NCBI GenBank assembly: GCA_965215265.1
Contig: OZ244048.1
Location: 4,416,001-4,480,000, forward strand
Reading direction: 5' to 3'
From: Candidatus Poribacteria bacterium
GTDB taxonomy: Bacteria > Poribacteria > WGA-4E > WGA-3G
Length of the DNA: 64,000 nt
Position numbers and translations under genes: made by a program. Positions 28,643 through 39,084 of this stretch are shown here, piece by piece. Every line of letters begins with the position of its first letter. Positions within the stretch are counted from its first letter, which is position 1. The notes below the pieces were generated by a model. It was not told where the DNA came from. It made no database searches and saw only the letters and a list, made by a program, of their open reading frames with translations.

Positions 28643-29947
28643 TCACGCCCGGCGGTCTATCTGATTTCCCATTCGTTCTAGCAGGCTGCTGGCGGGTTCA
28701 TCATCAGGATTTTGCGAGACCAGTTTACCAGAGAAGGCGTGCTTGAGAATCGACTGCCGCAGCCGTTCGGCGCGTCTGCTTTCTGCCGCAAGCGTCGCCT
28801 CAACCTCATCTACGATGGAGAGGTGGTGCTCAACTTCGGAGACGATGCGGCGTTGTTCCGGGAGTGAGGGGAGGGGTACAAACATTGTTTCTATATGTTC
28901 CCTTCGGAGATTATTAATGTTTATCCCGAGAGAGAGACGGGAAATCTCATTTCTATAAATAGGACTTTGGAAAAAGAGTCCGATGAATTTTCGATTAACT
29001 TCTGATGAAATTCTGACCAATCCACAAAAGGTGCCAAAACTTCCTTTGAAATCTTGATGCGCTTGAGCGGCTTTGCCGACTAGATGTTTGCTGCCACTAG
29101 ACATTGCAATGATAATATCAAATGCCTTGATGAATTGTTCAGCCTTAACTCTTCCCTGCTGAACATAAACAAGATCTTCATAGTTTAGTTGCACATTGAT
29201 ATTGTTAGCACGCAATATAGGAAGGTAGCCAGTTTTTGGAGTTTTGGAAGACTCGTTTTTCCGATAGGACACGCCACGGATAAATTCCGCAACTTCCTTA
29301 ATCTGTGTCCAGACCCACCCGTTTGGCAAATCAGACGAATGACTTTCCGCTTGAAGAGGATCCAAACGTGCTTCGCGCCATTCCTTTGTGAGTTCGCCTT
29401 CAAAGGCGGCTTTGAGGAGGGAGCGGCGATACCTTTTCACTTGTGCTTGTGCTTGTTTGAGGGCATCAACGCCTGCGTCTAATTGCGTAAACAGCGCGTC
29501 CAACTTAGCAACGATACGGCGTTGTTCCGGGAGGGGCGGAAGGGGGATTGGTGCCTTTTCTAAAAATTGGAAATGTCTTGCATATCCTTTGTTTGGAAGT
29601 GGAATCGCTTGCATAAAATAATAGAATAGCTTAGGCTCATACATTTCTTGAGGTTTAATTACTTTTATTCCGTCGGCTCCGGCGACAAAGTCAAAATTTA
29701 TATATTTGATAGTTTTGGTGTGATCTCCGAAAACTATAATAGGTAGTTGACATTCAACTCTGAGATTTTCGTTATCGGTATATCCACCGATAAAAGATAA
29801 TCCCTGATCTATAACAGGAAGTTTTCCGCTGGCTTGATAGTCTCTTTTTTTTACTTTTTTTCCGCTCACGGATACCTTATTTATGACGTGCCCAACCTGT
29901 GTCCACACCCATCCGTTTGGCAAATCATTAAAAAATGGAGTTAGCAT
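28643..29947 (-). CDS. hsdS: Type I R-M specificity subunit
   Basis: Two TRDs each starting DLPNGWVWT, PLPPLPEQRRIV conserved regions, SILKHAFSGKLV. Confidence 0.93.
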   Translation of the reverse strand: MLTPFFNDLPNGWVWTQVGHVINKVSVSGKKVKKRDYQASGKLPVIDQGLSFIGGYTDNENLRVECQLPIIVFGDHTKTIKYINFDFVAGADGIKVIKPQEMYEPKLFYYFMQAIPLPNKGYARHFQFLEKAPIPLPPLPEQRRIVAKLDALFTQLDAGVDALKQAQAQVKRYRRSLLKAAFEGELTKEWREARLDPLQAESHSSDLPNGWVWTQIKEVAEFIRGVSYRKNESSKTPKTGYLPILRANNINVQLNYEDLVYVQQGRVKAEQFIKAFDIIIAMSSGSKHLVGKAAQAHQDFKGSFGTFCGLVRISSEVNRKFIGLFFQSPIYRNEISRLSLGININNLRREHIETMFVPLPSLPEQRRIVSEVEHHLSIVDEVEATLAAESRRAERLRQSILKHAFSGKLVSQNPDDEPASSLLERMGNQIDRRA

Positions 29948-30092
29948 TTGTGATTTCCTTAGCGATACCGAGCATGAAGCGGCCTCCTTCTTGCGAAGGC
30001 AGAGATGCACGGCTTCCTGTTTTGTGTAAGCGTTTTAATCCGATTAAAGCGAGGGCTTGTAAGATGCTGTCGTAGCTTATACTGTCTAGGGC

Positions 30093-31268
30093 TTATTGAC
30101 GAACTGATTTCGTTCGTTCGGTCATGATTATATTGAGTATTTCATCTGCAATGAATAAACGATTGCGCTGCTGCCCGGTTATTTCTCTGAGTTTTCGTTT
30201 TTTTACAAGATAATCAACCCCTCGCTGAGCAGTGGGAAACGGGAGTCCACTAACCTTAGAGAATTCTGCTATTGAGATAATAGGTTTTCCAATTAACCAT
30301 TCGATCAGAAAATTGACTGCTTTCGGGACCTTCGGTCCGGTTGCGAGTGTTTTGTATTCCTCTTTTAACCTGAGTAAGTTTTGGATTGTCAAGAGTGCGT
30401 CTTCTGACTGTTGACAGATTCCGTTTAAGAAAAAGGTGAGCCAGGCGTTCCAATTTCCGGATGTGCTGACATTCAAGAGTAAATCGTAATACCTCTCTCG
30501 GTGCTGCTCAAAAAAATCAGAAAGGTAGAGAACAGGACGCGATAACAAATTTTTTTCGATAAGCATAAAAATGATAAGAAGCCTGCCGATTCTTCCGTTG
30601 CCGTCAACAAATGGATGGATTGCCTCAAATTGATAATGAACAAGGGCACATTGAATCAGGAGCGGTTCCTTTGCCGGGGAATGGATATATTTTTCTAGGT
30701 CTGACAAACACTGTTGCATTTCTGGTACTGGCGGTGGGACGTAGGTTGCTTGCATCAAAGTACAACCGGGGCTGCCAATCCAGTTTTGGCTTGTGCGCAT
30801 GAACCCCGGCGTTGCATGTTCGCCACGGACCTGCTTCATTAAGATTTCGTGTATTTCGCAAAGTAGCCGGGAACTAATGGGCATCTCCTGTGCCCTTTTG
30901 ATACCATATTCCATAGCTCTAACGTAGTTGAGAACCTCCTTGACATCAGAAATTGCCGGTGGTTCCGTTTCGTCAGCTTCGAACATAAAGAGAGTATCCA
31001 AACCCGTTTGGGTATTTTCGATTCTAGAACTTGTCACGGCTTCGCGTCGAATAAACGGACTTATTAAGACATGTGGGTTCGGGAGAAGTTGAGCTATGCC
31101 GGATAATTCTCCGATTTTGTTGTTGGCTTGAGATAAAAGATTAATTAGCTCCCCGTCCAATTCTATTTTTGGTGGCAGTGGATTCGGGATAAATGCCCAA
31201 TATGCTGGCCGGGTTATACTGCGGATACATCGTCCTGCAGTTGAATTTTTGAAGTTTTCTGGATTCAT
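30093..31268 (-). CDS. Fic family protein (N-terminal inhibitory helix, C-terminal HTH-like region)
   Basis: HPFVDGNGRIGR catalytic motif; SSRIEN fits (S/T)xxxE(G/N). Confidence 0.93.
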   Translation of the reverse strand: MNPENFKNSTAGRCIRSITRPAYWAFIPNPLPPKIELDGELINLLSQANNKIGELSGIAQLLPNPHVLISPFIRREAVTSSRIENTQTGLDTLFMFEADETEPPAISDVKEVLNYVRAMEYGIKRAQEMPISSRLLCEIHEILMKQVRGEHATPGFMRTSQNWIGSPGCTLMQATYVPPPVPEMQQCLSDLEKYIHSPAKEPLLIQCALVHYQFEAIHPFVDGNGRIGRLLIIFMLIEKNLLSRPVLYLSDFFEQHRERYYDLLLNVSTSGNWNAWLTFFLNGICQQSEDALLTIQNLLRLKEEYKTLATGPKVPKAVNFLIEWLIGKPIISIAEFSKVSGLPFPTAQRGVDYLVKKRKLREITGQQRNRLFIADEILNIIMTERTKSVRQ

Positions 31269-31303
31269 TTTTTTTCCACGAATTTCGGGTAATAAAAACG
31301 GTT

Positions 31304-31416
31304 TTATTAACGTTAAACCCACTTAACGTTAATAAGAATTGTGTTATTAACGTTAAACCCACTTAACGTTAATAAGAGACGGTTTTATTAACGTTAAGCC
31401 CACTTAACGTTAATAA
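31304..31416. repeat. Three tandem 32-bp palindromic units (period 40-41 bp)
   Basis: TTATTAACGTTAA-(A/G)CCCAC-TTAACGTTAATAA at 31304, 31344 and 31385. Confidence 0.95.
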
Positions 31417-31449
31417 GAGACGGAACTCCGTTGCAACAGCTTTATGTTA

Positions 31450-31478
31450 AGTTTAGCATAAATTTGATTTGAATGCAA
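31450..31478 (-). promoter_or_regulatory. Putative promoter of fic
   Basis: TTGCAT-17 nt-TAAACT with TG extension; near-identical to 33950-33978. Confidence 0.55.
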
Positions 31479-31485
31479 TTCGGAT

Positions 31486-33894
31486 TTAGGAGACTAACTG
31501 TTGCGTGAGGTCCTTTAATATTGTCTCTAACTCGTGCCCGAAGAGTTGGTAGACTTTGGCTCCGTTTCCGAGTGCTGCAAAAGGTGCGTATTCAAAATCG
31601 TCGATGCGGATGTCAAGCGAGATGGCAATGTGCTCGCGTATCATCTCAAGCCATGTGTGTTGTTCCTCAGTGAGGGTCTGCGTGCTGATCCAATCTTCAA
31701 ATCGTTGGTTAACAGTTGCGGCGAAAGGCTCGAGATAGAAGTTTTCGCCGGTGGCGAACCGAATCAGAGAGATGATGTCATTAGGCTGAGTGCCGTTGCC
31801 TGTGACGCTTGTGGGAGCTTTACGTGCGTAGGCTGCCCAGAGGTTTTTCACAGTCAAGACGTAAGGGGGTTGTTTGAGTGCGTCTTCAAGTTCTTTGATG
31901 GTTTGTTCGGTGAGTGTGCCTTGGGCATTGTGGCTGTTACAGAGAATTCGGAGTGCGGGCAGTTGTTCTCTATTCTGTTGAATGAACTGTTTGAAACGGT
32001 TGAGCTGCGAGAGGACTTGTTCTGCTGTTTGGGTTTTGAGTCCTGCGCTAATCACTTCATCTTCGCTAATGTCATCAATAAGTTGTTCGGTTTGGCGTGT
32101 AGCGGTTTTCGTCTGCTTAGGTTGATGCTCGAGGGGTTGTGAATCGGTTTTCTCTGCGTCGCAGACACCGACAGCGTCAACGATAAAGAAGTGTGTTTTT
32201 TGGGTAGCGTCGCCGGTGACGGCTTGCAAGTCGTCTGGGCTGATGGTTCGGGTGCCGCGGCCTTTCATCTGTTCGAAATAGCCGTTAGATCTCACTGCAC
32301 GCATGAAGAGGAGGCACTCAAGCGGTTTGATGTCGGTGCCGGTGGCAATCATGTCGACACTGACAGCGACCCGGAATCGGGGGTCTGTTCGGAATTTGGC
32401 GATGCGAGCTTCTGGTTTATCGCTCTGGTAGGTAATTTTTTGGCAGAAGTCGTTTCCTTTAGCGAATTCCTCCCGGACGATGTGGACGATATCCTCTGCG
32501 TGTGAGTCGTCTTTAGCAAAGATAATGGTTTTAGGGACGACGGTTCTGTCGGGGAAAATATCTGTGAAAAGTTTGGCTTTGAAGGTTTGGATGACGGTGC
32601 GGATCTGGTTAACGGAGACTACGTCTCGATCCAACTGCGTTTCGTGGTATTCGACATCTGCGTCGAGTTCTGCCCAGTTGATCTGTCGTGTTTCGCGATT
32701 CCGTTTTTGGACGTAATGCCCGGCTTCAATATTGCTACCGGCTTGTGTGATTTTGGTTCGGATGCTATAGACATAATAGCCGACGTTCACATTGTCTGCG
32801 ATGGCTTGTTGGTGGCGATATTCGGAGACGAGGTTCTGGTTGAAAAAAGCGAGTGTCTGTTTGTAGGGGGTTGCGGTGAGTCCGACAATGAAAGCGTCGA
32901 AGTATTCCAAAACGCGTCTCCATTTGCCGTAGATGGAGCGGTGGCACTCATCGACAATGACGATGTCAAAGGTATCAATCGGGATGTGAGGATTGTAGTT
33001 AAGTAGGGATGGGGGTTCCGTCTCAGTATCGTTCTCAAAAGCGGATTTTTCCTCAGAGGTAGTGTCGTACTCGGTTTCGCTTTTCAGCATGGAGTAGAGG
33101 CGTTGAATGGTAGTAATGCAGACCTGGCTTGTCGAGTCAATGACGTTGCTGGTGAGATGTTGGACGTTGTATAGTTCAGTGAATTTGCGTCCATCGTCGG
33201 GTGCGGTATAGGCTTGGAATTCACGGAGGGTTTGCCTACCGAGGTTACTCCGGTCGACGAGGAAAAGAATTCGCTTTGCACGTGCGAATTGGATAAGCCG
33301 GTATGTTGCAGTGACGGCGGCATAAGTTTTGCCGCTGCCGGTGGCCATCTGTATTAAGGCGCGTGTGCGTGCTTCTGCGAGCGATTTTTCAAGATTTGTG
33401 ATTGCCTCAAGTTGACAGTTCCTGAGGTTTCCGTTTTCTAGGGGCGGGATGTCATTTTTGAGTCTGTACCGGAAGGTTGTCGGTTCGACGATTTCCCGGC
33501 GAAGCGCCTCGGGTGTATGGAACGTAAAGAGTGGGCGTGAGCGGGGTTCCGGGTCGCGTGTATCCCGGAAGCATGTTTCAACGCCGGTGGATTGATATTC
33601 AAAAGGACAGCCGGAAAATATGGGCAGTGCCTCTGGTAAATTGGCGCGGTACCGTTCTGATTGCTGAGAGGCACCACTAAGGGTTGTACCGGCTTTTTTG
33701 GCTTCAAGTAATCCGACTGCGATGCCGTCAACAAAAAGAAGGTAGTCGGCTTTTTCCGCACTGTTCAACCGGTATTCGCGGATGGCGACACCGAGCCCTT
33801 CAGCTGCGGCGCGTTCAGCATAATCATAAATGCGCCATCCGGTTGCTTCAAGCATCTGATCTATATTGCGTCTGGCTTGCTGTTCAGGAGTCAT
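31486..33894 (-). CDS. hsdR: Type I R-M restriction subunit (EcoEI-like)
   Basis: ADY...LEAKK nuclease, MATGSGKT, DECHRS, GLTATP, QMKGRGTR, EcoEI-type C-terminus. Confidence 0.93.
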   Translation of the reverse strand: MTPEQQARRNIDQMLEATGWRIYDYAERAAAEGLGVAIREYRLNSAEKADYLLFVDGIAVGLLEAKKAGTTLSGASQQSERYRANLPEALPIFSGCPFEYQSTGVETCFRDTRDPEPRSRPLFTFHTPEALRREIVEPTTFRYRLKNDIPPLENGNLRNCQLEAITNLEKSLAEARTRALIQMATGSGKTYAAVTATYRLIQFARAKRILFLVDRSNLGRQTLREFQAYTAPDDGRKFTELYNVQHLTSNVIDSTSQVCITTIQRLYSMLKSETEYDTTSEEKSAFENDTETEPPSLLNYNPHIPIDTFDIVIVDECHRSIYGKWRRVLEYFDAFIVGLTATPYKQTLAFFNQNLVSEYRHQQAIADNVNVGYYVYSIRTKITQAGSNIEAGHYVQKRNRETRQINWAELDADVEYHETQLDRDVVSVNQIRTVIQTFKAKLFTDIFPDRTVVPKTIIFAKDDSHAEDIVHIVREEFAKGNDFCQKITYQSDKPEARIAKFRTDPRFRVAVSVDMIATGTDIKPLECLLFMRAVRSNGYFEQMKGRGTRTISPDDLQAVTGDATQKTHFFIVDAVGVCDAEKTDSQPLEHQPKQTKTATRQTEQLIDDISEDEVISAGLKTQTAEQVLSQLNRFKQFIQQNREQLPALRILCNSHNAQGTLTEQTIKELEDALKQPPYVLTVKNLWAAYARKAPTSVTGNGTQPNDIISLIRFATGENFYLEPFAATVNQRFEDWISTQTLTEEQHTWLEMIREHIAISLDIRIDDFEYAPFAALGNGAKVYQLFGHELETILKDLTQQLVS

Positions 33895-33949
33895 TTTTTG
33901 AATGGATTGCGGCAAATCCGCACCGGACAATTGTTAACTTTAGTTGATA

Positions 33950-33978
33950 AGTTTAGCATAAACTTGATTCGGATGCAA
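33950..33978 (-). promoter_or_regulatory. Putative promoter of hsdR
   Basis: TTGCAT-17 nt-TAAACT. Confidence 0.55.
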
Positions 33979-34218
33979 GTTTTTTTTAGAGTTGGCATAT
34001 TCGATTCTATAGTTGTGAGATTTTTGCGTAAGAGAGAACGCATCGCCCTGTCTATACTATGCTATTTTGCACTGCTGAAGCGGACGGATTGTTTCTACTG
34101 TTTCTATAGGCGCATGTTTTGAGAACGGTAGGCTATCGTCTGATATGTTTTGATACGTTTTGATATGTTTCACTCTTCACAAAAATCGGGGGTTCCGCTC
34201 GTCAGGTTCAAAATTTGC

Positions 34219-34248
34219 TTGACATGTATCGGCAATCGGTGTTAGAAT
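34219..34248 (+). promoter_or_regulatory. Sigma70 promoter
   Basis: TTGACA-18 nt-TAGAAT with TG extension. Confidence 0.55.
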
Positions 34249-34358
34249 AAGACTATCTTATAAAAGGTAATTTCCCAATAGTTCCGCTTTTAGGTCCCAG
34301 TTACACCAAACATTTTGAGCCATATAGAGAGCGATGTTTTTTTAGGACTTATACGCAC

Positions 34359-34700
34359 ATGAGTGAGGCACTTTTTACAATCCTGAGGTATTTTCACGCT
34401 CTATGTAGCATAGTCCTTTTAGCTGCAGTTTTTCGGTTTATGTTCCATGTATTCCGTGGGAATTTGAGAGAGTTTCTCAGGCGGAGTCGTACGACGCAAT
34501 TCTTTATGCGTTGGTGGAAACCGATGGCTGCGGGTTACTTGTTATTAGCGTTGTTGCTTGAGGAATTAGAGTGGACGCATGTCTATCTGTTAATATTTCT
34601 GTTAATTCTGACAGGGATTTACATCGTTCTAAGATTGTGGTTAGAACGTCTTGAGCAAGAAGATGACTCTGATGATGATGAGGCACCGCCTTCTCAGTGA
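34359..34700 (+). CDS. Membrane protein with acidic tail
   Basis: Three hydrophobic segments, AGGA RBS. Confidence 0.7.
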   Translation: MSEALFTILRYFHALCSIVLLAAVFRFMFHVFRGNLREFLRRSRTTQFFMRWWKPMAAGYLLLALLLEELEWTHVYLLIFLLILTGIYIVLRLWLERLEQEDDSDDDEAPPSQ

Positions 34701-34881
34701 AGTTGATGGGGACATTCCCTGGCGTGTTCGGGGGAACTACTTCTCATCAGATCATCGGAACGGATCAGAGAAAACCTGCGGAGCTGTTAGAAGGGACGTA
34801 AGCAGTAAATGGACTCTGTTCGTTAAACAAAAAGATGGGGATGCTTGTTAGCGCGCGTTACCCTTTAGTGACGGAGAAACG

Positions 34882-37314
34882 ATGGCCAGTACCGTGGAAG
34901 AAATTAATATTGTGAATGCGGACGATTCCGAACTGATGCGAATCAGTCAGGACGGCACCTTGTCGCTGAACCTAACAGAGATGCACGCAATTCAGAGGCA
35001 CTTTAGCGGCTTGGGGCGCAACCCGACCGATGTAGAGCTTGAGACGGTTGCACAAACGTGGTCGGAACATTGTGTTCACAAAACCTTTAAAAGTATCATT
35101 AACTATTCCGAACCGGGTAAGGTGCCGGAGCGGATTGATGGATTGTTCAAGACATTCATTCAACGTGCGACGGAGGAGCTTGCAAAGCCGTGGTGTGTTT
35201 CTGTGTTTTCGGATAACGCGGGCATCATTGAGTTCGATGAAACATATAACCTCGTTTTTAAGGTAGAGACGCATAACCATCCGTCGGCGATCGAGCCGTA
35301 CGGTGGGGCTGGTACGGGCATCGGTGGTGTGATTAGAGATTCACTCGGTACGGGGCTCGGTGCGAAACCGATTCTGAACACGGATGTGTTCTGCTTCGGG
35401 TTACCGGATACCTCTTATGCTGCGTTGCCGAAAGGGACGCTTCATCCGAAGCGCGTTTTTAAGGGGGTTGTGGCTGGGGTTCGGGATTATGGTAACCGGA
35501 TGGGCATTCCGACGGCGAATGGGGCGATCTTATTTGATGAGGGCTACACCGCCAACCCGCTTGTTTTTTGTGGAAATGTCGGCTTAATTCCGAGGGACCG
35601 GTGTGAGAAATCTGTTAGTCCTGGTGATCTGATCGTCGCCATTGGGGGGCAGACCGGGCGGGACGGCATCCACGGGGCAACCTTCTCTTCTGCGGAATTG
35701 GATGATACTTCTGAAAATCTCGGTAGCGTTGTCCAGATCGGCAATCCGATTATGGAAAAGAAGATCGTTGATGCGTTGCTCCGGGCGCGCGACCGTAACC
35801 TGTACCGTTCTATTACGGATTGTGGTGCAGGCGGTTTCTCGTCCGCGGTTGGTGAGATGGGACAGGATACCGGGGCAGAGGTGCATTTAGAACGCGTTTC
35901 CCTCAAGTACGCTGGCCTCGCGCCGTGGGAAATCTGGCTTTCCGAAGCACAAGAGCGGATGGTCCTCGCAGTACCACCGGGAAACCTTGCTGAATTGATG
36001 GATATCTGCGATGCTGAAGTGGTTGAGGCGACGGTGTTAGGGACATTCACAGATACGCAGAGACTACAAGTTTTCTATCAAGGCACGATTGTGGCAGATT
36101 TGGAGATGGACTTCTTGCACAACGGGCTCCCGCAGCCTGTGAAAGAAGCGGTTTGGTCTCCGAAGTCTGTTGACGCTAATGTCCGTAATGTCTCTGACGA
36201 GCTGGGGATGGATAGGACACAAATCCTGCATCGGCTGCTTGCGAGCCCAAATATAGCGAGTAAAGAATCTGTTATCCGTCAATATGACCACGAGGTACAA
36301 GGCGGTGTCGTTATCAAACCGCTTGTTGGAGTTGAAAACGATGGACCGGGCGATGCTTGTATCGCTACACCGGTTCTCGGGAGCCGGAAAGGCGTTATTG
36401 TTGCAAACGGAATTAACCCGAAATACAGCGCGCTTGACCCATATCACAGTGCTGCAGGTGCTATCGATGAGGCGTTGCGCAACGTCATCGCTGTTGGCGG
36501 AACGCTTGCTCGGACAGCGTTATTGGATAATTTCTGTTGGGGTAACCCGGATAAAGCGGATCGACTCGGAGAGTTGGTGCGAGCTGCGAAAGCGTGTTAT
36601 GACATCGCGACTGTATACGGCACGCCGTTTATTTCTGGCAAAGACAGTCTCTACAACGAATACCGTGACACGACAACGGGTGAACAGCGTGCAATTCCGG
36701 CGACGTTGCTAATATCTGCAATCTGCGTGATGCCGGATATCAATCGCGCTGTCACGATGGATGTGAAAGCACCCGGTAACTTCATCTACGTTGTCGGCAA
36801 TACTTATCACGAACTGGGTGGTTCGCACTACTTTGGTCTGCAGGGTGTCCTCGGCAACACTGCACCGGTCGTTAGGCCGGAGGCAGGCAAGTTAACGATG
36901 GAGACGCTCAGCGTTGCCATAAGTCGCGGTTTCGTGCGTTCGTGTCACGATTGCTCTGAGGGTGGGCTTGCAGTTGCGGCGGCGGAGATGGCGTTTGCAG
37001 GTGGATACGGGATGCACCTCAATCTCACACACGTCCCTGTCGGCGACAGAGATGTGCCGGACGGTTCTGTTGCACGCGAGATTCCTCTGGACGATGTTCT
37101 CCTGTTTTCTGAGTCAAATAGTCGATTCCTTGTAGAGGTTGAACCGCAACACCGAGAAACGTATGAGGCGTGCATGGCAGATGTGCCGATGGGGTGCATC
37201 GGGACCGTTACAGCAGGACGAGCGTTTATTGTTAACGGCACTGAAGAGGAACGGGTTGTTGAAGCATCTATTGATGCTCTCAAGACGGCGTGGCAGTCCC
37301 CGTTATCCTGGTAA
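34882..37314 (+). CDS. purL: Phosphoribosylformylglycinamidine synthase subunit PurL
   Basis: WSEHCVHK, KVETHNHPSAIEP, DCGAGG, SEAQERM, ISGKDSLYN, HDCSEGG. Confidence 0.96.
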   Translation: MASTVEEINIVNADDSELMRISQDGTLSLNLTEMHAIQRHFSGLGRNPTDVELETVAQTWSEHCVHKTFKSIINYSEPGKVPERIDGLFKTFIQRATEELAKPWCVSVFSDNAGIIEFDETYNLVFKVETHNHPSAIEPYGGAGTGIGGVIRDSLGTGLGAKPILNTDVFCFGLPDTSYAALPKGTLHPKRVFKGVVAGVRDYGNRMGIPTANGAILFDEGYTANPLVFCGNVGLIPRDRCEKSVSPGDLIVAIGGQTGRDGIHGATFSSAELDDTSENLGSVVQIGNPIMEKKIVDALLRARDRNLYRSITDCGAGGFSSAVGEMGQDTGAEVHLERVSLKYAGLAPWEIWLSEAQERMVLAVPPGNLAELMDICDAEVVEATVLGTFTDTQRLQVFYQGTIVADLEMDFLHNGLPQPVKEAVWSPKSVDANVRNVSDELGMDRTQILHRLLASPNIASKESVIRQYDHEVQGGVVIKPLVGVENDGPGDACIATPVLGSRKGVIVANGINPKYSALDPYHSAAGAIDEALRNVIAVGGTLARTALLDNFCWGNPDKADRLGELVRAAKACYDIATVYGTPFISGKDSLYNEYRDTTTGEQRAIPATLLISAICVMPDINRAVTMDVKAPGNFIYVVGNTYHELGGSHYFGLQGVLGNTAPVVRPEAGKLTMETLSVAISRGFVRSCHDCSEGGLAVAAAEMAFAGGYGMHLNLTHVPVGDRDVPDGSVAREIPLDDVLLFSESNSRFLVEVEPQHRETYEACMADVPMGCIGTVTAGRAFIVNGTEEERVVEASIDALKTAWQSPLSW

Positions 37315-37397
37315 CTTTTGCGTAGCGTAAGGGTTTAAGATATAGGTTTGTGGTCTGGCGATTCGTCGCCTATGGAAAAAGGGAAAAGGGGGAACCG

Positions 37398-38168
37398 ATG
37401 CTGAAACCGCAGGTTCTCATTTTGAGAACAGCAGGAACGAACTGTGATGGAGAGACCGCAGCTGCCTTCCAATTTGCAGGTGCGGATACGGTTCTCGTCC
37501 ATATCGAACAACTCGTCTCGGGGGGGACCGGGTTAGAGGCTTACCAGATTCTGGCGATTCCGGGTGGATTTTCGTACGGCGATGACATCTCCGCGGGGAT
37601 TCTACTTGCTAACGAGCTCAGGCACAAATTAGCGGATGCGCTCAATCGGTTTATAGAGGATGGTAAGTTAATACTCGGTATCTGCAATGGGTTTCAGGTG
37701 CTTGTCAAGTGCGGGTTGCTGCCGAAACTCGATACGCAGATGACACAGAGCGCGACATTGGCAATGAATACGTCCGGAAAATTTGAGTGTCGCTGGGTTG
37801 AGATGACGGTGCAAGAGAGTCCGTGTGTGTTTACGACCGGCTTGGAGTCGCGTGTCTACCTGCCGGTAGCGCATGCGGAGGGACGCTTTACTGCGCCGCG
37901 AGAGATGCTGGAGCAGATGGAAGCAAACCGTCAGGTTGTCTTTCGATATGAGACGGCGGAGTATCCGTCTAATCCTAACGGTTCGGATTTGAATATCGCG
38001 GGCATCTGCGATCCGACGGGGTGCATTTTCGGGCTGATGCCGCATCCGGAGCGGTTTCTTACCAGATGGAACCATCCTCGCTGGACGCGTGAAAGTCTAC
38101 CGGAAGAAGGGGACGGTTTGGCTATTTTCAAAAACGGTGTCAATTATGCAAGGGCGAATTTTTCATGA
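37398..38168 (+). CDS. purQ: FGAM synthase glutaminase subunit PurQ
   Basis: GTNCD, PGGFSYGD, GICNGFQ, NPNGS, MPHPER. Confidence 0.96.
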   Translation: MLKPQVLILRTAGTNCDGETAAAFQFAGADTVLVHIEQLVSGGTGLEAYQILAIPGGFSYGDDISAGILLANELRHKLADALNRFIEDGKLILGICNGFQVLVKCGLLPKLDTQMTQSATLAMNTSGKFECRWVEMTVQESPCVFTTGLESRVYLPVAHAEGRFTAPREMLEQMEANRQVVFRYETAEYPSNPNGSDLNIAGICDPTGCIFGLMPHPERFLTRWNHPRWTRESLPEEGDGLAIFKNGVNYARANFS

Positions 38169-38599
38169 GCAATAAATTATCGCGTCGTCTGCTTCCGTTG
38201 TACATGAAAACCCCGGTTTTATTGGCGTTCATCCTGCTCTCGCTGCTGGGTCAGATACTCTGGGTGGCTGCAGTCTCCCATCATCCGCGGATTGACCTGC
38301 GGTGGTGTGCGTTTGGATTCGCGTTCGGGATTATGCTCGGTTTTATGCAGGGCAAATGGACATCTCGGCTGTGGGGACGTTCATATCTACAGGTCATCAA
38401 GCGAGAATTCACATTTTGGCATGCAGAAGGGGCGAAAAGTCTGACCTGTTATACTGTTTTAGCGCTCGGTGTGCCGATTTTCACTTGCCTCTTCATTCAG
38501 ACGCTCAGCACTTTAGCCGGTTTCCAATGTTATGTTTTCGGTTTTATCAGTGCGATGAATTTTGCGTTGTTGTTGTGGGTGCGCCGGCTCCCGAAATGA
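38165..38599 (+). CDS. Membrane protein
   Basis: Four hydrophobic segments; ATGA-coupled to purQ. Confidence 0.7.
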   Translation: MSNKLSRRLLPLYMKTPVLLAFILLSLLGQILWVAAVSHHPRIDLRWCAFGFAFGIMLGFMQGKWTSRLWGRSYLQVIKREFTFWHAEGAKSLTCYTVLALGVPIFTCLFIQTLSTLAGFQCYVFGFISAMNFALLLWVRRLPK

Positions 38600-39084
38600 T
38601 TCAAGCGAATTTGAAACGAGCAGACTTTCAAAGTTCATGATACCTCCATCGAAAACGGCAGGACCGTCGTCTCAACTTGTGCGAGATCTATTCACACCTG
38701 AGCCGAGCTTCCTTTTTTTCTCTCGAGCCGCAATAAGGTTTTTGCTCAGCCCCAACTCGGAATTGCCTCTATTACATATATATAATACCACGTACACACT
38801 TAAAATGGAAACTTTTTTTGCTCGCCTGAAATGGGTTTTTAGTAAGTGAAACAGGGCGTTTCACACTTCATTGGATAAAATCGCCGATGAAGGGTGGCAC
38901 CGCGGGGACTCCAAATAGAACGGACATTCTCCTTTATCCGTTCGAAAGTTGGATATACCGGATAGAGAAACAATACAGCCCAGGTTCATAGGGGATTATC
39001 TGAAAGAAAATATAATTGTCTTTTTTTTCTCAGTGTGGTAACCTGAAACAACGGTGTATCGAGATTGGGAGTTCGATTCTAGAG

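Noticed and set aside
28643-29947. Invertible hsdS shufflon
   Set aside because: Single hsdS, no silent TRD copies and no recombinase; the internal repeats are the normal conserved regions
31304-31416. CRISPR array interpretation of the palindromic repeats
   Set aside because: Linkers are only 8-9 bp and partly identical, and there are no cas genes
34700-34881. Possible purine/ZTP riboswitch upstream of purL
   Set aside because: I could not match the conserved motifs by eye; needs an Rfam scan
38514-38650. Minus-strand ATG with a strong GGAGGT RBS giving a ~41-aa ORF
   Set aside because: Mostly antisense to the 38165-38599 gene with no recognisable motif; probably a remnant
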